From contig NC_043012.1 in the NCBI RefSeq assembly GCF_006345805.1, positions 11,966,001 through 12,030,000 of the forward strand: DNA of 64,000 nt. The letters run 5' to 3'. Below, one piece after another: positions 24,740-39,533 of this stretch. The notes under the pieces were generated by a model. It was not told where the DNA came from, did no database searches, and was given only the letters and a program-made list of their open reading frames with translations. Source of the DNA: Octopus sinensis. Its lineage: Eukaryota. Position 1 is the stretch's first letter. Every line of letters begins with the position of its first letter. The position numbers and the translations under genes are program-made.

Positions 24740-24874
24740 TATTAGACCTCCTTGACTCAAGTTAGAGAAGGGGTGCGTATTATACACAAGGTTTAAGTTT
24801 TTCAGAGGTATAGTCCCCTAAAAATCCCCTGCGTATTATACTCAAGGGCGGACTATACTCGAGGATTTACGGTA
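24740..24874. mobile_element. One end of a pogo/Tigger-like MITE
   Basis: Reverse complement begins TACCGTAAATCCTCGAGTATAGTCCGC, a Tigger-type terminus with repeated GCGTATTATAC; matching opposite TIR not found. Confidence 0.45.
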
Positions 24875-25667
24875 TATACATATATCTAAATTCGTCAAAT
24901 TTAGTCAAATTTAGTCCGTCACGCACACACACACACACACACACGTACACACAAACGCAAGTGTGTATGTTTCTCTTCCTACAACTACTCGACAAACTAT
25001 GATGGTTTGTTTACATTCCTGAAACTTAGCAGTTTAACGAAAAGTGAACAGTAGATTAAGTAACAAGCTTAAAAAATATAAGAACTGAAGCGGAAAAAGA
25101 TGAAACACAATAAAAGAATAATAAAAATGAAAGAAACATAATAAAGGAAGATGATGTTAAATCACGTGATGTCAGTTTCTATGACAACGTTTATTTGTTG
25201 TGCTTAATTATTACTAATTAATGGTTCATCAATTGGTTTATTAATGTGATGTACCGTTTAGTAATATTCCTTCAGCTTTCAGTTAAGTACTACTAAGGTG
25301 ATCCTGAAGTATTCATACTGTTATTATACACAAACACACACAGAGACACAGACACATACACACACACACACACAGACTCACACATTAAACTACACCACCT
25401 AAAATACGAGTGTGAATGAACATTTATAGTGGAAGAAAATTTTTTTAAAAATCTGCCTACAACGAATAACAAATGCAAAACAGATTATTTTCATAGATCA
25501 GTCAATGAGAAAAACTCAACGTCTATGAAAGAATCCCTTGAAAACTAGTAAAAAGTTACAGAAAGTATGAGGAAGAAATCTTGATCTTAACACAATGAAT
25601 AGAAAAGCCAGAAAAGAGCTATTGCAAATAAGTTGAACAAAGACATTACAATATCAGTGGTACTGTG

Positions 25668-25882
25668 AGGCGGCGAGCTAGCAGAAATGCGTAGCCGTAT
25701 TTCGTCTGCCGTTACGTTCTGAGTTCAAATTCCGCCGTGGTCGACTTTGCCTTTCATCCTTTCGGGGTCGATTAAATAAGTACCAGTCCATCACTGGGGT
25801 CGATATAATCGACTTAATCCGTTTGTTTTTCCTTGTTTGTCCTCTCTGTGTTTAGCCCCTTGTGGGTTGTAAAGAAATAGGT
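25668..25882 (+). mobile_element. SINE-A, tail 1, with a small internal deletion in the head
   Basis: AGGCGGCGAGCTAGCAGAAATGCGTAGCCG...GTAAAGAAATAG. Confidence 0.85.
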
Positions 25883-26149
25883 ACAGTATAGAAAACACAC
25901 TTAAGAATATGAGAAACAGAAAATCATCTACCTGGATCTTATAACAGGATATTGGTTCAAGTGTGTGATGCTTTATGGTGTGTCTTGATAACATTATTTG
26001 GAAAAGGAACCTAGAAGATGTCACATGTACCCAAATAGCGGTAAACTTTCACTATCTTTTCCATTCTTAAAATTAGTCAAACTATTTTTAATTTAAAATT
26101 TCGGGCCAACCGCCTGCAGGACCCTTGCGTATATAATATACACTGAATG

Positions 26150-26390
26150 CCTGCTTCGAGTTCTATGAGTTACTGATAAGCCCCGTTGTCCGGTTTCCAT
26201 GGCGTATGAGTAACCGAGATCGCAGCCTCTCTAAATGAGACGCCAGTCCGTCACAGAGTCGCTGATTTACAGCTGATTAAACAGGAGCAACGTGAAATGA
26301 AGTGTTTTGTTCAAGAACAAAAGTCGCCATTCCATCCGTGAATAGAAACCACGATCTCATGAGTGCAACAGCCTAATCAGTAGGCTTTGA
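26150..26390 (-). mobile_element. SINE-B-like decayed copy
   Basis: TTTACAGCTG...GGAGCAACGTGAAATGAAGTGTTTTGTTCAAGAAC, shared with 21085-21343. Confidence 0.55.
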
Positions 26391-26547
26391 GGACTATATG
26401 AAGTAGGTAGTAGTCAATGCAATGAGACAAGATCAGTACAGAACCGTCGATACAAAGCCGTAGTGTGGCTGAGCTCGTTAACTGCCGAGAATCACAGGAA
26501 ATTTTCAATACCCGCGGGGTAATATATTATTCCTTTTATTCTTATAT

Positions 26548-26940
26548 TTGTCTTTGTCAATTGACTGTAGCCATGCTGGAGCACCGCCTTTAGTCGAACA
26601 AATCCACCTCAGGACTTATTCTTTGTAAGCCTAGTACTTATTCTATCGGTCTCTTTTACCGAACCGCTAAGTAACGGGAACGTAAACACACCAACATCGG
26701 TTGTCAAGAGATGGTGGGAGGACACACACATACACACACCCACATCCACACACATACACACACATACACACACATATATATATATACATGTCAAGCTTCT
26801 TTCAGTTCCGTCTACAAAATCCACTCACAAGTCTTTGGTCGGCCCGAGGTTATATTAGAAGATACTCGTCCAATGTGCCACGCAGTGTGACTGTACCCAA
26901 AACCATGTGGTTGGTAAGCAAGCTACTTACCACACAGCAA
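26548..26940 (-). mobile_element. Full-length SINE-C
   Basis: All family-C segments present, internal (CA) tract. Confidence 0.85.
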
Positions 26941-26999
26941 CTTCTGCACCTATTATTGATCATATTTCCCACACAAGGATGGTGGTGGTGGTGGTGGTA

Positions 27000-28240
27000 T
27001 CGATCCTGTATTAATATCGAACGGATCCTGAATTGCAAGACTGAAGTGGAATTTCCAGCAGAGAAGAATAAATCTTCAGCTATCCTGATCAACTTTGCAA
27101 GAATGAAAATGAGATCATAATGATAGCTAATGAACTTGAAGAAAGACATAGAATAAAAGCTGACACATATCTATCTCTAAGGAACGTTGGGAAGTTGTAT
27201 TAAAATCTAGAATCTACAACAAAAATTAAAAAATAGACAAGTTCACTAAAATACTTGACATACATGGGAATGGAAAATAAAAGAAATCTCAGACCATTGA
27301 AGGGATCAGCCACATCTAAAGATAAGGTACATTGAAAGCATAGGAGGCAACACAGCAGAAGCGAACTATTTGCACAAATGAACTTAGTGAGTCAATGGCA
27401 TACATAATTTGATGCTGAGCGGATGAGTGGACAATAAACTGCCAACGACCAGGATCAACCAGTTTGGTGGGCGTGGTGTGTGCTGATCAGGCATTCAGCT
27501 ACCTGGCCATGCCGCATCGGTCGATCGGGACGTTTGGCCTGTAGGAGTTGGAGTTATCCGGGCAAGTCAAGTGATAAAGATGGAGAGGCCTAGCAGAAAG
27601 TACCGAGAAGTTTATAGCATCACACCTCCAAAGGTACTTCCATGCAATCGAGGATAAAATATCATTACCAGAACCTGCCAGACAAATGTCAGAACTCATC
27701 TTTGAGAAACATATAAGCTGTGCAAAACCGAAACTGAAGATATTAACCACATGTTACCTAATAGCAAAGTAGTGATGGAATGACAAATATACCTTTCAGA
27801 TATATCTTCTAATGAGACACGAAGTGGCAGTTAGAACAATCTGGGACAGACCGAGAAGGAAAATAGTAACAGCTATAAAAGATTAATTGTTTGAAATTGG
27901 CGGAATGCAAGAACAAAAGCAAAAAAAAAAAAAAAAAAAGAAGCTCAAAGAAACTCCGCAACCAAATAAAAAACAAAATAAGCAACCTGATATTGTACAT
28001 TAAGGAGTGAAAAGCATGTTCTATTGTGAAAGCCAAATGTTTATTTGACATGAATATGGTAAAGAAAATACGGGAGACAGAAGATATCAATGAGGCATTG
28101 AAGAGAAGACTGCAAGTCTAGTAACTAAAATATACCAACAGCAAGAATCTGATTACTTTTGAAGCGATGGGATATTTAATGCCAGCCAGGTTCAAAGTGT
28201 AGAAGAGCTTGGAATCTTGGAGAATAAACGGAGATAATGC
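27000..28240 (+). pseudogene. Decayed 3' region of an RLE-type non-LTR retrotransposon (R2/R4 group)
   Basis: Broken frames ASHLQRYFHAIEDKI, YKLCKTETEDINHM (eroded CCHC knuckle), MRHEVAVRTIW and DMNMVKKIRETEDINEALKRRLQ, in the expected post-RT order. Confidence 0.55.
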
Positions 28241-28945
28241 TGACTGAAACAAGAAGCATTTTCACAATATGCTGTAAAAGTTTCACAATATGCTATAAAC
28301 AGAGGTACACGCCTTTCTTTATCCCTTTATCAAGGAGAAAATGTACACTGATAATAAATTCTAAAACTCCAGTCAGAAAGGAAATCCATCCAAACATTAA
28401 ATAAGTATCATTTCTGCTATAAAAATCCAATGACTACATTCTAGGGTCTGTAGCGCCTGCAAATACCAATGTAACCCAAAAGTACTTTGTGGTTGTCCGG
28501 AAGATCTATGATAAAAATGTTAAGACTACCAAAAACAGCTAGAGTGAAAAGCAGCATTTACAGCTGACCCTAAACCTGTGCATCAACAGTCACTCTATCT
28601 CTTCTGTTCCACAAGCAAAATGCAGGAATTACCTAGATATTAATGAAAGCGGAACATAAAGTTCTGTGAATATAGATACAGTGACCAAAGAATATTGAAC
28701 CAGACTTAGAAAAAATGGCAGTCGGAACTCTCCTCTCACAAGACATATAAAAGCCGGTATTAAAATGTATTTCATGATAAAATTATTTCCGCATTTTCTA
28801 CCTTGTCTTTTTTCCTTATACACACACACAAACATACATATATAATTGTATGTACTTTTATCTATTTATATACATATACATACATGCATGCATACATACA
28901 TACATTCATATATATATATATATGCACACACATACAAACACACTC

Positions 28946-29036
<91 letters not shown>

Positions 29037-29039
29037 CTT

Positions 29040-29268
29040 TTATTCTTTTACTTGTTTGACCGCGACCATGCTGGAGTACCGCCATTTGTCGAGGAAATCG
29101 ACCCTAGGACTTATTCCTTGTAAACCTTGTACTTATTCCATTGGGGTCTTTTACCGAACCGCTAAGTTACGGGTTCCTAAACACACCAGCATCCGTTATC
29201 AAGCGATGTTGGGGGGACGACAAAAACACATACACAAACACACATGCGCACGCACACATACAATCATG

Positions 29269-29300
<32 letters not shown>

Positions 29301-29308
29301 ATATATAT

Positions 29309-29362
<54 letters not shown>

Positions 29363-29537
29363 CACATACATACATATATACGACGGGCTTCTTTCAGTTT
29401 TCGTCTACCAAATCCACTCACAAGGCTTTGGTCGGCCCGAGGCTATAGTAGAGGACACCCGCCGAAGGTGCCAGGCAGTGGGACTGAAACCGGCACCATG
29501 TGGTTGGTAAGCATGCTACTTACCACACAACCACTCT
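29040..29537 (-). mobile_element. Full-length SINE-C with expanded internal (TA)n
   Basis: Family-C head and tail flank a ~150-bp internal microsatellite. Confidence 0.85.
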
Positions 29538-29599
29538 TGAACGCCCATCCATCCATCCATCCATCCATCCATCCATCCATCCATCCATCCACACATACA

Positions 29600-29630
<31 letters not shown>

Positions 29631-29901
29631 CAGTCGAACAGAAGAGGTGATCTAATAGTTTATCCCATCCCACGAAATATATATGACCTTATGGCTGTAA
29701 TACGTGATATGTCCTTCATTTCTTTCTCTTTTTCTTTCTCTCCCTCTTTCACTTATCTCTCTCTCATTCTCTCATTCAATCATTTTCATTTATTCACTCT
29801 TCCTACATTCATCTTTTCTAGCTTTTCTTGTTTATTTGTCGTTGTTTTAGTCTTTCCACGTTTCCTTCTTCAACTTTCTCGTTCAAGTATTCTGACCTCT
29901 C

Positions 29902-29940
<39 letters not shown>

Positions 29941-30491
29941 TTTCTCTCTCCCTCTATCTCTCCCTCGTTCGCCTAGCATACTGTGTCACTTTTTCTTTCA
30001 TTCTTCTACTCATTCATTTTTTTCCTCCTCCCATTACTCAGACAATCAGTCCCCTAGTATATATATATATGTCTTCCCACTCTCTTCTTCTCTCCCTCCA
30101 CCTCCTCCTCCTTACTCTCCATCAACTTTTTATCCTTGTCATTTCACACGCACATAGACACACACACACACACTAACACATACACAAACGCACACATACA
30201 CGCACACACACATGGACACTCTAAAATACATACATACACATTCGCACACATTGTGAATCGTTTTGTCTTTGCACCATACAAACACTCATACGCACTCACT
30301 CAAACACGAACACATACACACTCACACACACTGTCCTTCTCCACATCACACACAAACACACAAACACAACACAGACACACACACGCACGCACACCCACAT
30401 TGTTACTCTGTCTCTATCAAACCAAAGCATTTTTCTGTCAAACACAACACACTTCTCAAACAATCATAGATATTGCATCTCTTTTTCTTCC

Positions 30492-30524
<33 letters not shown>

Positions 30525-31721
30525 CAGTCTCTCCCCCCCTCTCTCTCTCTCCCTGACGCAAATGCACGTGCACACGCACACGCACACACGCACACACGCA
30601 CACACGCGCACGCACGCACAGAAACAGATGTGCACATATAGAGTCAAGGTGTCACACACGCACACTTACGCACAGACACACACACACACACACATCACGC
30701 ACGCACACAAATACAGGTATACATACTGGCGCACACACGCACACACACACACACACACTCGCTCAAGCTTTGCTTTTTCTGCCCATCCCTCTCCCCCTTC
30801 CTCTTCTCCGATCACAGCATCCAACACAACCACTACCACTACCACCATCACCAACACCAACACCACCACCACTCCCGCCACCATCATTACAAATCATCCT
30901 CCCATTTCATCCTTCCACTCTCCTGTTTCATCATCTCCTCCTCCTCTTCTTCTCCTCCTCCTCCTCCTCCTCCGTCTCCCTCCTCCTCCCCCTACTCCTC
31001 TACTTTCTCTTCTTCATCGTCTCCATCTTCTCCCACCTCTTCGTCTATCTCGCTCTATCTATCAGCTCTCCGCTTAACCTGTATGTATGTATATACCATA
31101 TAACCGTAACCAGTTCGTTCACTCGCGGCATTGTATCTTCTAGGATTAACCGGTTGCCCAAATATATACACATACACACACAACTATATACACACACATA
31201 CACACATTTACACATACACACACACAAACACACAAAAAAAATATACATTTGCATATATATATGTATATAGATATATACAGATATACACATATATGTATAT
31301 AAATGCATATGTATGCACGTTACCTCTGAATTCAACTTTTGGAAAAAAAAGAAATTCTCCCCATCTGTGGATTTATTCAGCATCATTATTATTATTATTC
31401 ATATTATTAATATCATTGTTTTGATGATTTAGGAGTTTAAAAAATTATTTCTCAAAAACGAAATTTAACAAAAAAGAAAAAAAATTAAAATTGTATACTG
31501 AGATATATTGTGAATTATTAAAACGCAAACATGACGGCACGTTTTGTGGAATCGATCCCGCGAATTAAGGCAGCATTGCCTTCTTTTAATACTGATATTC
31601 CTATGAGACCCATCAACAAAATCAAAGGGTACGTAAGTATATCCACCCTATTATCTACCCTTTTAACCTATTTTCATATTGTACCTATTGATGTATCTAC
31701 CTAGATGTATATGTGTGTGTT

Positions 31722-31850
31722 CCGCCGAGGTCGACTTTGCCTTTCATCCTTTCGGGGTCGATAAATTAAGTACTAGTTACATACTGGGGTCGATCTAATC
31801 GACAGCCACCTCCCCTAAAATTTCGGGTCTTTTGCTTCGAGTAGAAAAGT
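31722..31850 (+). mobile_element. SINE-A, 5'-truncated, tail 2
   Basis: CCGCCGAGGTCGACTTTGCCTTTCATCC...GAGTAGAAAAG. Confidence 0.8.
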
Positions 31851-31912
31851 ACATATGTGTGTATGTGTTTCGTATGTGTGTATGGATGCATATATATCTA
31901 TATCTATATCTG

Positions 31913-31944
<32 letters not shown>

Positions 31945-32093
31945 CACTCACACAAATATACATACATATATACATTCGTATATGGGTGTATATGTATGTA
32001 TGTGTGATGTAATTGTACTAGCTCACAATAAAACATACAATTCTGTTCCAAGTATTGAGTACTTTCCATCCCTTTCTACACCAATACACACAC

Positions 32094-32151
<58 letters not shown>

Positions 32152-32226
32152 ATATGTATATACACACGCATATATTCATAAATGAATGTATGTATATATG
32201 TATATATATACATTTATATACATGTG

Positions 32227-32315
<89 letters not shown>

Positions 32316-32940
32316 GTTTTTGCAGCCGCTTTTACTTTCTTGGTGTATTTTAATTTGTGTCGATAACTGTTGAGTGTTTATCCCCCCTCTCAGCGCCCTC
32401 TTTGATGTTATCACCACTTCCATCATCGTCATCCGGCGTAATCTTCATCACCACCATCAGCAGCACAGCAACAGCAGCATCATCATCATCATCACCACCA
32501 CCACTTTCAGTATCACTTGACTAGCAACATCATTTACATGAAATGATGACAATACAAATAAGCTCACACAACCATGAACCCCCCCACACACATACACACA
32601 CACACGACATATATTCACACACACGCAGTCCTACATGAATGCATACATTTACTATTACACACAGCTTGACAGACATTACATCAAACAAACAGAATATTTT
32701 GTTTGTACACATAGACGTGCACACATACACAATGAACAGCTCACTGTCGTTATAAGAGCACTGGATACATACCTACATACATGCAAACATACGTCGATAC
32801 ACACACACACACACGCACGCACACACAAACACATATGTATGCTCGCACATTCAAATGTTACAGTTTGTCAACGACAGAGGAATCGCCTGCTCGATATACG
32901 ATGCAGAATATTTTATCTATCTAAACAGTATTCTAGATAA

Positions 32941-32996
32941 GAGTTTCATTTTTCCGCGATCCTCAGGCGCCTGAAGAGCGCAATAGGGTGAAACTC
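32941..32996. repeat. 56-bp imperfect palindrome with hammerhead-like cores on both strands
   Basis: Centre TCAGGC|GCCTGA, ends GAGTTTCA/TGAAACTC; CTGAAGA-N12-GAAAC on plus and CTGAGGA-N12-GAAAC on minus. Confidence 0.6.
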
Positions 32997-33050
32997 GACT
33001 CAACGCAAGAAAAAGGATTCAGTTCAAATAAACTATCTATCTATCTTCCA

Positions 33051-33148
<98 letters not shown>

Positions 33149-33359
33149 ATGTCTGTCTGTCTGTCTGTCTCTCTCTCGCTCCCACGTTCTATCTATATGT
33201 ATTTGTATGATATCATGTGTTTAATATATGTGCATGGCCTCTGCCCCCTGTTGTGTGTCTCCTTCCAATGTTGTATCTTTCTTTTTTCTTTTATACTTTA
33301 ATCTCCATCTCCTTAGTTCTCTACCCTTCAGAACACCTTTTAACAAAAGTTTTCACCTC

Positions 33360-34019
33360 CATTCCGTCTTTCTTTCCTTCTTTCTTCCTTTCTTGCTTTC
33401 TTTCTTGCTTTCTTTCTTGCTTTCTTTCTTTCTTTCTTTCTAACATTCTTTCTTTCTTCTTCTTCTTCTTCTTCTTTTTCTTTTTCTTCTTCTTCTTCTT
33501 CTTCTTCTTCTTCTTCTGTTTCTTCTTCTTCTTCTTCTTCTGTTCTTCTTCTTCTCTTCTTCTTCTTCTTCTCCCCCTCCTCCTCCTCCTCCTCCCCTTC
33601 CTCCCCCATCCATCCTCATTTTCATCATTATTTCACCTCTCTCTCTCTCCAACTCATTCTCAATGTCATAGAGTCACATTTATTTAATCACGTTCCCACT
33701 CGTTCCATTCTGTTTCATTTTACTTTAACTCACTCACACTCTCCTCCCTCTCTCTCTCCCTCTCTATGTCTCGATCCTTCTGTCTCTCTCTCACTGTCTA
33801 TCTATATCTCATTCTGTCTACCTGCCTGTCTCTTTCTGTGTTTCCCTTTCTATCAGTCTCTCTCGCTTACCTTTCTAACGTCTGTCTCTTTTTTTTTTTT
33901 GCTAGTAAAACTCATTCTCTCCCAGCTATTCTTTCACCCGTGACCAATGTCACAGACAGCACTTGCATAACTTCATTCATACATTTCATTCCTATTTTAA
34001 TGCTTTCTTTTTTTCCCTG

Positions 34020-34062
<43 letters not shown>

Positions 34063-34440
34063 CTCTTTCTCTGTATTTCATTCTTCCTTCCATTCATTTC
34101 TCTATTTTCACTGTTGTTGTTGTTGTTGTTGTTCTTCTTCTTCTTCTTCTTCTTCTTCTTCTTCTTCTCCTCCTCCTTCTTCTTCTTCTTCTTCTACTAC
34201 TTGTTGCTGCTGTTGTTGTTGTTGTTGTTGTTGTTCTTCTTCTTCTTCTTCTACTTGTTGCCGTTGTTGTTGTTGTTGTTGCTGTTCTTTTTCTTTTTCT
34301 TCTTCTTCTTCTTCTTCTTCTTCTTCTTCTTCTACTTCTTCCACTACTTGTTGTTGTTGTTGTTGCTGTTCTTCTTCTTCTTCTTCTTCTTCTTCTTCTT
34401 CTTCTTCTTCTTCTTCTCTTCTTCTTCTTCTACTTCTTCA
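33360..34440. repeat. Compound (TTTC)n/(TTC)n/(TTG)n pyrimidine-rich tracts
   Basis: Two blocks (about 33360-33620 and 34020-34440) in a polypyrimidine region. Confidence 0.9.
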
Positions 34441-34730
34441 AAGTATTCTGTCTTTGATTTTCTATTCCCTGTTCTCAGGAATACCCACTCTCTCCAAGTG
34501 TCTAAGTGTCTGTGCATGTGTGTGTATGTGTGTTTCTCTCTATATGTGTGTATGTGGGGGTGTATGTATGTGTTCCCTTATATCAGGCCCAACATTCGTC
34601 TATAGCAGTAGAATCTAACAGAAAACTATGCCTTATTAAAACAGTGTATAATCATACATGCGTAAAAGTGGCGTGCATCTATATACATTATATATACCCG
34701 CACACAGACACAGAAATGTTCACACACACA

Positions 34731-34768
<38 letters not shown>

Positions 34769-35488
34769 ACAGAGTCACACACAAACACAACACACACACA
34801 CACACACACACACACACCACAGAGTCACATACACACACACGAACGTAGGTGTGGATTTGCGATATAACTTTGAGTGTATATATGTAACCTTGAAAACTAT
34901 ATTTGTATTTTAATACAGACATGCACAAATATTTTCAATTATGAATATGAACCTGTAAGAGTGAAGAAGATGTGGGATAGAGAAGGACAAAGAGAAACAG
35001 GAAGGAATGATACGTGTGTGTGTGTGTGTGTGTGTGTATGCAAACATACATACATATATCTGTATGTAAATATATGATTATGTAAATACATACATAAAGC
35101 TATACATATTTTATATGCCTATATATAAGATGTATTGCCTATATATAAATGTACATACAGATGTATGTATGTATGTATGTATGTATGTATGTATGTATGT
35201 ATGTATGTTTGTATGTATCTATCTATCTATATATGTATGTATATATATATATATGTATATGTATGTATATGTATGTATATACAAATAGATAGACACACAC
35301 GCACACACACACATATACATGCATGTATATATATATAAATGCATATATATGTATATATATCCATATATATATATGTATATACATATATAATATATATATA
35401 TATATCTATATATATAGATATATTACATATATATGTATATATATACTATATATGTAAATATGCATGTATATCTACATACATATATATA

Positions 35489-35522
<34 letters not shown>

Positions 35523-35799
35523 TGTATAAGTGTATGAATATATTTAGACATTTTTAATACGTGTATTTATAAAAAAACGGATTTTAAAGAGATTAGTCGC
35601 AACTAAACCCATCTCATTCAATTGTTAAAATCTTCAAAATAAGATTTATTACTGTACCCGTTGAAAATAAATGTTTGAAAACTATAATAATTAGTTATCC
35701 TGAAACTCACAAGCATAACATTACTGTTGAATGCTCCTTAGTTTATGAATGAATATTTATTAACATAAGGATTTAAGGATTGTATGTGTGTGCATGTGG

Positions 35800-35853
<54 letters not shown>

Positions 35854-36169
35854 GTGTGTGTGTGTGTGTGTGAGAGTATGTGTGGAAACCAGATTTACCA
35901 AAATTACGCACAGGAAAATAGTTCTTTTTCGAATTGGGAGGGGTTTCATCTTTGGGAGTGAAATTCCTTTTATTTTGCGTGTAGCAACAAGTGTATGGAT
36001 TTTCCTCTCGACGAATGATGAGCATGTATTCGCGCGGGCGATTGTATATATTGGCATATACGCATGCATTTAAATATTCAGACATATAGATGTACATGTT
36101 GTGTTTGTTAAAGTACACATCCCCAAAATTTAAATAAGCATATATATATATCCATAACTGCATATATTG

Positions 36170-36224
<55 letters not shown>

Positions 36225-36238
36225 ATATATGTTATACT

Positions 36239-36270
<32 letters not shown>

Positions 36271-36381
36271 TATATATTATATATATATATACACATACTA
36301 CATATATATGTATATATTAATGTGTATGATGTATATGTGTATATATATGAATTTATATACGTATACATATATGTATATACT

Positions 36382-36424
<43 letters not shown>

Positions 36425-36605
36425 TATGTATATCTCATACATATCACACACACACACCACACACACACACACACATCATATATATATATATACTCATATA
36501 TACATATATATATATATATTAATGTGTATGTATGTATATATGTGTATATATATGAATTCATATATACGTATAGATGGATATATACATATTCATATATATG
36601 TATAT

Positions 36606-36642
<37 letters not shown>

Positions 36643-36865
36643 GAGAAAGAGAGATTTGTCTCTATCCGTCTGTCTGTCTGTCGGTCTGTCTGTCTATCTG
36701 TCTATCTATCTTCTATCTATCTATCTATCTATCATCTATCTATCTATCTTTCTGTCTGTTTGTCTGCCTGTCAGTCAACCTATATGCATATATGCAACAA
36801 TACCTTCCTAAACTAGACCCCTTACCCTAGCTATATGTAAAACCCCAATGAAGGACAACAGGGCA

Positions 36866-36998
36866 ATGTCGACTTTGACTTTCATCCTTTCGAGGTCGAT
36901 AAAGTTAAGTACCAGTTGCTTACTGTGGTCGGCTTACTGGAGTCGATGGCCCCCACCTCCCCAAAAATTCGGGCCTTGTGCCACGAGTAGAAAAGAAT
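36866..36998 (+). mobile_element. SINE-A fragment, tail 2
   Basis: GTCGACTTTGACTTTCATCCTTTCGAGGTCGATAAAG...GAGTAGAAAAG. Confidence 0.75.
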
Positions 36999-37083
36999 GT
37001 ATGGTATAATAGAAGCATCATAACCGCCATGAAATAAGAAACCAGGAAAAAACTTTTAAGACGTCCAACCCATTTATATTTAT

Positions 37084-37119
<36 letters not shown>

Positions 37120-37420
37120 ACAGACAGTCACACGCACACACTCACTCACATGCGTATATATTGATATATTTCAGTTTATATCACCTGTTGCATTTCCGAC
37201 CTTCTGTAATTAAATATTTTCACTGACGCAATGACTTTCAAATGTTAGATGTTCTATCGTGTAATTGCAAATCTCATATATAAATATGTATACATACATA
37301 CACGCATACATACATACATACATACATACATACATACATACATACATACATACATGCATACATACATACATACATACATACATACATACATACATACATA
37401 CATACATACATACATGCATA

Positions 37421-37453
<33 letters not shown>

Positions 37454-37613
37454 CCACACACATATATATATAGACGACTGAGTCGGCAAACGAAAGGACA
37501 CTGAACAATTTATTGGGAGTTAAATGTAAGGATCAACACAGTTTGATTCAAAATTCGTTTGAATGAAACTATTCTGATCCATACACACACACAAATATAT
37601 ATATATATACATA

Positions 37614-37673
<60 letters not shown>

Positions 37674-39269
37674 TATATATATATATATATATATACGTAT
37701 ATATATCTATCTAAATACATATACATCTATATATATTTGATTTTGATTTTGATTTTCCAGTTTCAGCTAATGAGCTGTGGCCATGCTGGGGCACCGATGT
37801 ATACACATACATATATATATACATATATATGTATATGAGTGCATATGAGTAGATATTAAGGAATATGTCGACCAAGTATATTTAAGAACTGTATTATACA
37901 AGTGACTAATTTATGCTAATGACATGTATCAATGATTGATTAATAGTATATCCATATCTTACCTGTAATAGTAGACAACCTATCTATCCCGACCATTGAT
38001 GCATCCATCAAGTTTTCACTCTCTCACCCATTTCTCTATCTATCGACACACTCCAGCTATATATGTAAATACACACATACATACATACATACATACACAT
38101 ACAAACATACATACATACATACATACATACATACATACAAACATACATACTACATACAAACATCATACTACATCAAACTACATACATACAAACCTACCAC
38201 ATACATACATACATACATACGTACATACATACAATACATACAAACATACATACAACTACATACATACAAACATACATACATACTACATACAACATACATA
38301 CATACTACATACATACAACATACATACATACATACATACAAACATACATACATACACACACAGACATATATGTATATATGTATGTATGTATAAGGTGCTC
38401 CAGCATGACCGCAGTTGCACGGTTGAAACGAGTAAAGAATAAAGGAATAGAATATATATATATAGATATATATAATATATAATATATGACATATATAATA
38501 TACACATATACGTATATATATATATATGTTTTCTTTCATTCTTTTACCTATTTTAGTAAAATTTTTACATACACACACACACACGTACCAATACACATGC
38601 ACAAACACATACACACATACACCCACATTTACACCCACACATGCATATATATATATATATATATATATATTTTATACACACATATATGGAAGTGTATCAG
38701 TTTTATTGTATGTGTATTTATATATACGTTTATATATAGACATACATTTACTTACACACATTCTCACATGTATGTATGTATGTATGTATGTATGTATGTA
38801 TGTATACACACACACATATATATATATACATATATAGCTTTCTTGGATACACCGTGACCCGAATTGATGTCCTTTGTTATACTCGACAATGATGGGCGAA
38901 CCAATAATAATAAGAATAACCACACACACGCACACACATACACACACACACACACACACGTATACATACGCACTCACACTTACATACATGCACACACACA
39001 TGTATACGTAATACGTTCCCTATGCATTAATACTTTGATGAAAATTTTTGAAGTTACATAATTTTTTGATATGACCTTTTAACCCTTGAGGTAGGATAAA
39101 AGTGACTTGCATATTATGTATATATTATGTATATATATATAAGATATATGTGTGCACCCATATTATACACACAAATACATATCCATTGATATATATACAT
39201 TTAAGTACATATATATATGTACATAAATATGTACTTAAATGTAGTTTTTCTCTCCTTGTTTTTTTCTGT

Positions 39270-39400
39270 GTCCCTTTCTGTAGAGGAGCGTAGGCTCGAA
39301 ACTTAATAGACTTTTTCTATTCCTGAGCATTATACTAATACATCTGTTTGTTTTGTACACCACCTGTCTTCGTCTTTAGTTTTTTTCGTAAACTCTCCCT
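39270..39400 (+). mobile_element. Penelope-type terminal fragment with decayed hammerhead motif
   Basis: CTTT CTGTAGA G GAGC-GTAG-GCTC GAA ACTT A ATAG at 39274-39309: intact stem II, core A6 changed to T. Confidence 0.45.
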
Positions 39401-39424
39401 ATATATATATATATATATATATAA

Positions 39425-39471
<47 letters not shown>

Positions 39472-39499
39472 TGAGAGAGAGATGTATTTAACGGCATAC

Positions 39500-39533
39500 C
39501 AAGTTTTATCGGGTTTCATTGGATTAACATAAA
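39500..39533 (-). CDS. Candidate 34-nt exon, phase 1-2 (unverified)
   Basis: ccatttttacAG acceptor, TTG|GTATGC donor; reads xYVNPMKPDKT. Confidence 0.3.

Noticed and set aside
28300-28800. MKYILIPAFICLVRG signal-peptide-like start and small exons at about 28630 and 28467-28505 on the minus strand
   Set aside because: Joining them needs a ~50-nt intron and conflicting phases; no donor follows the putative signal peptide.
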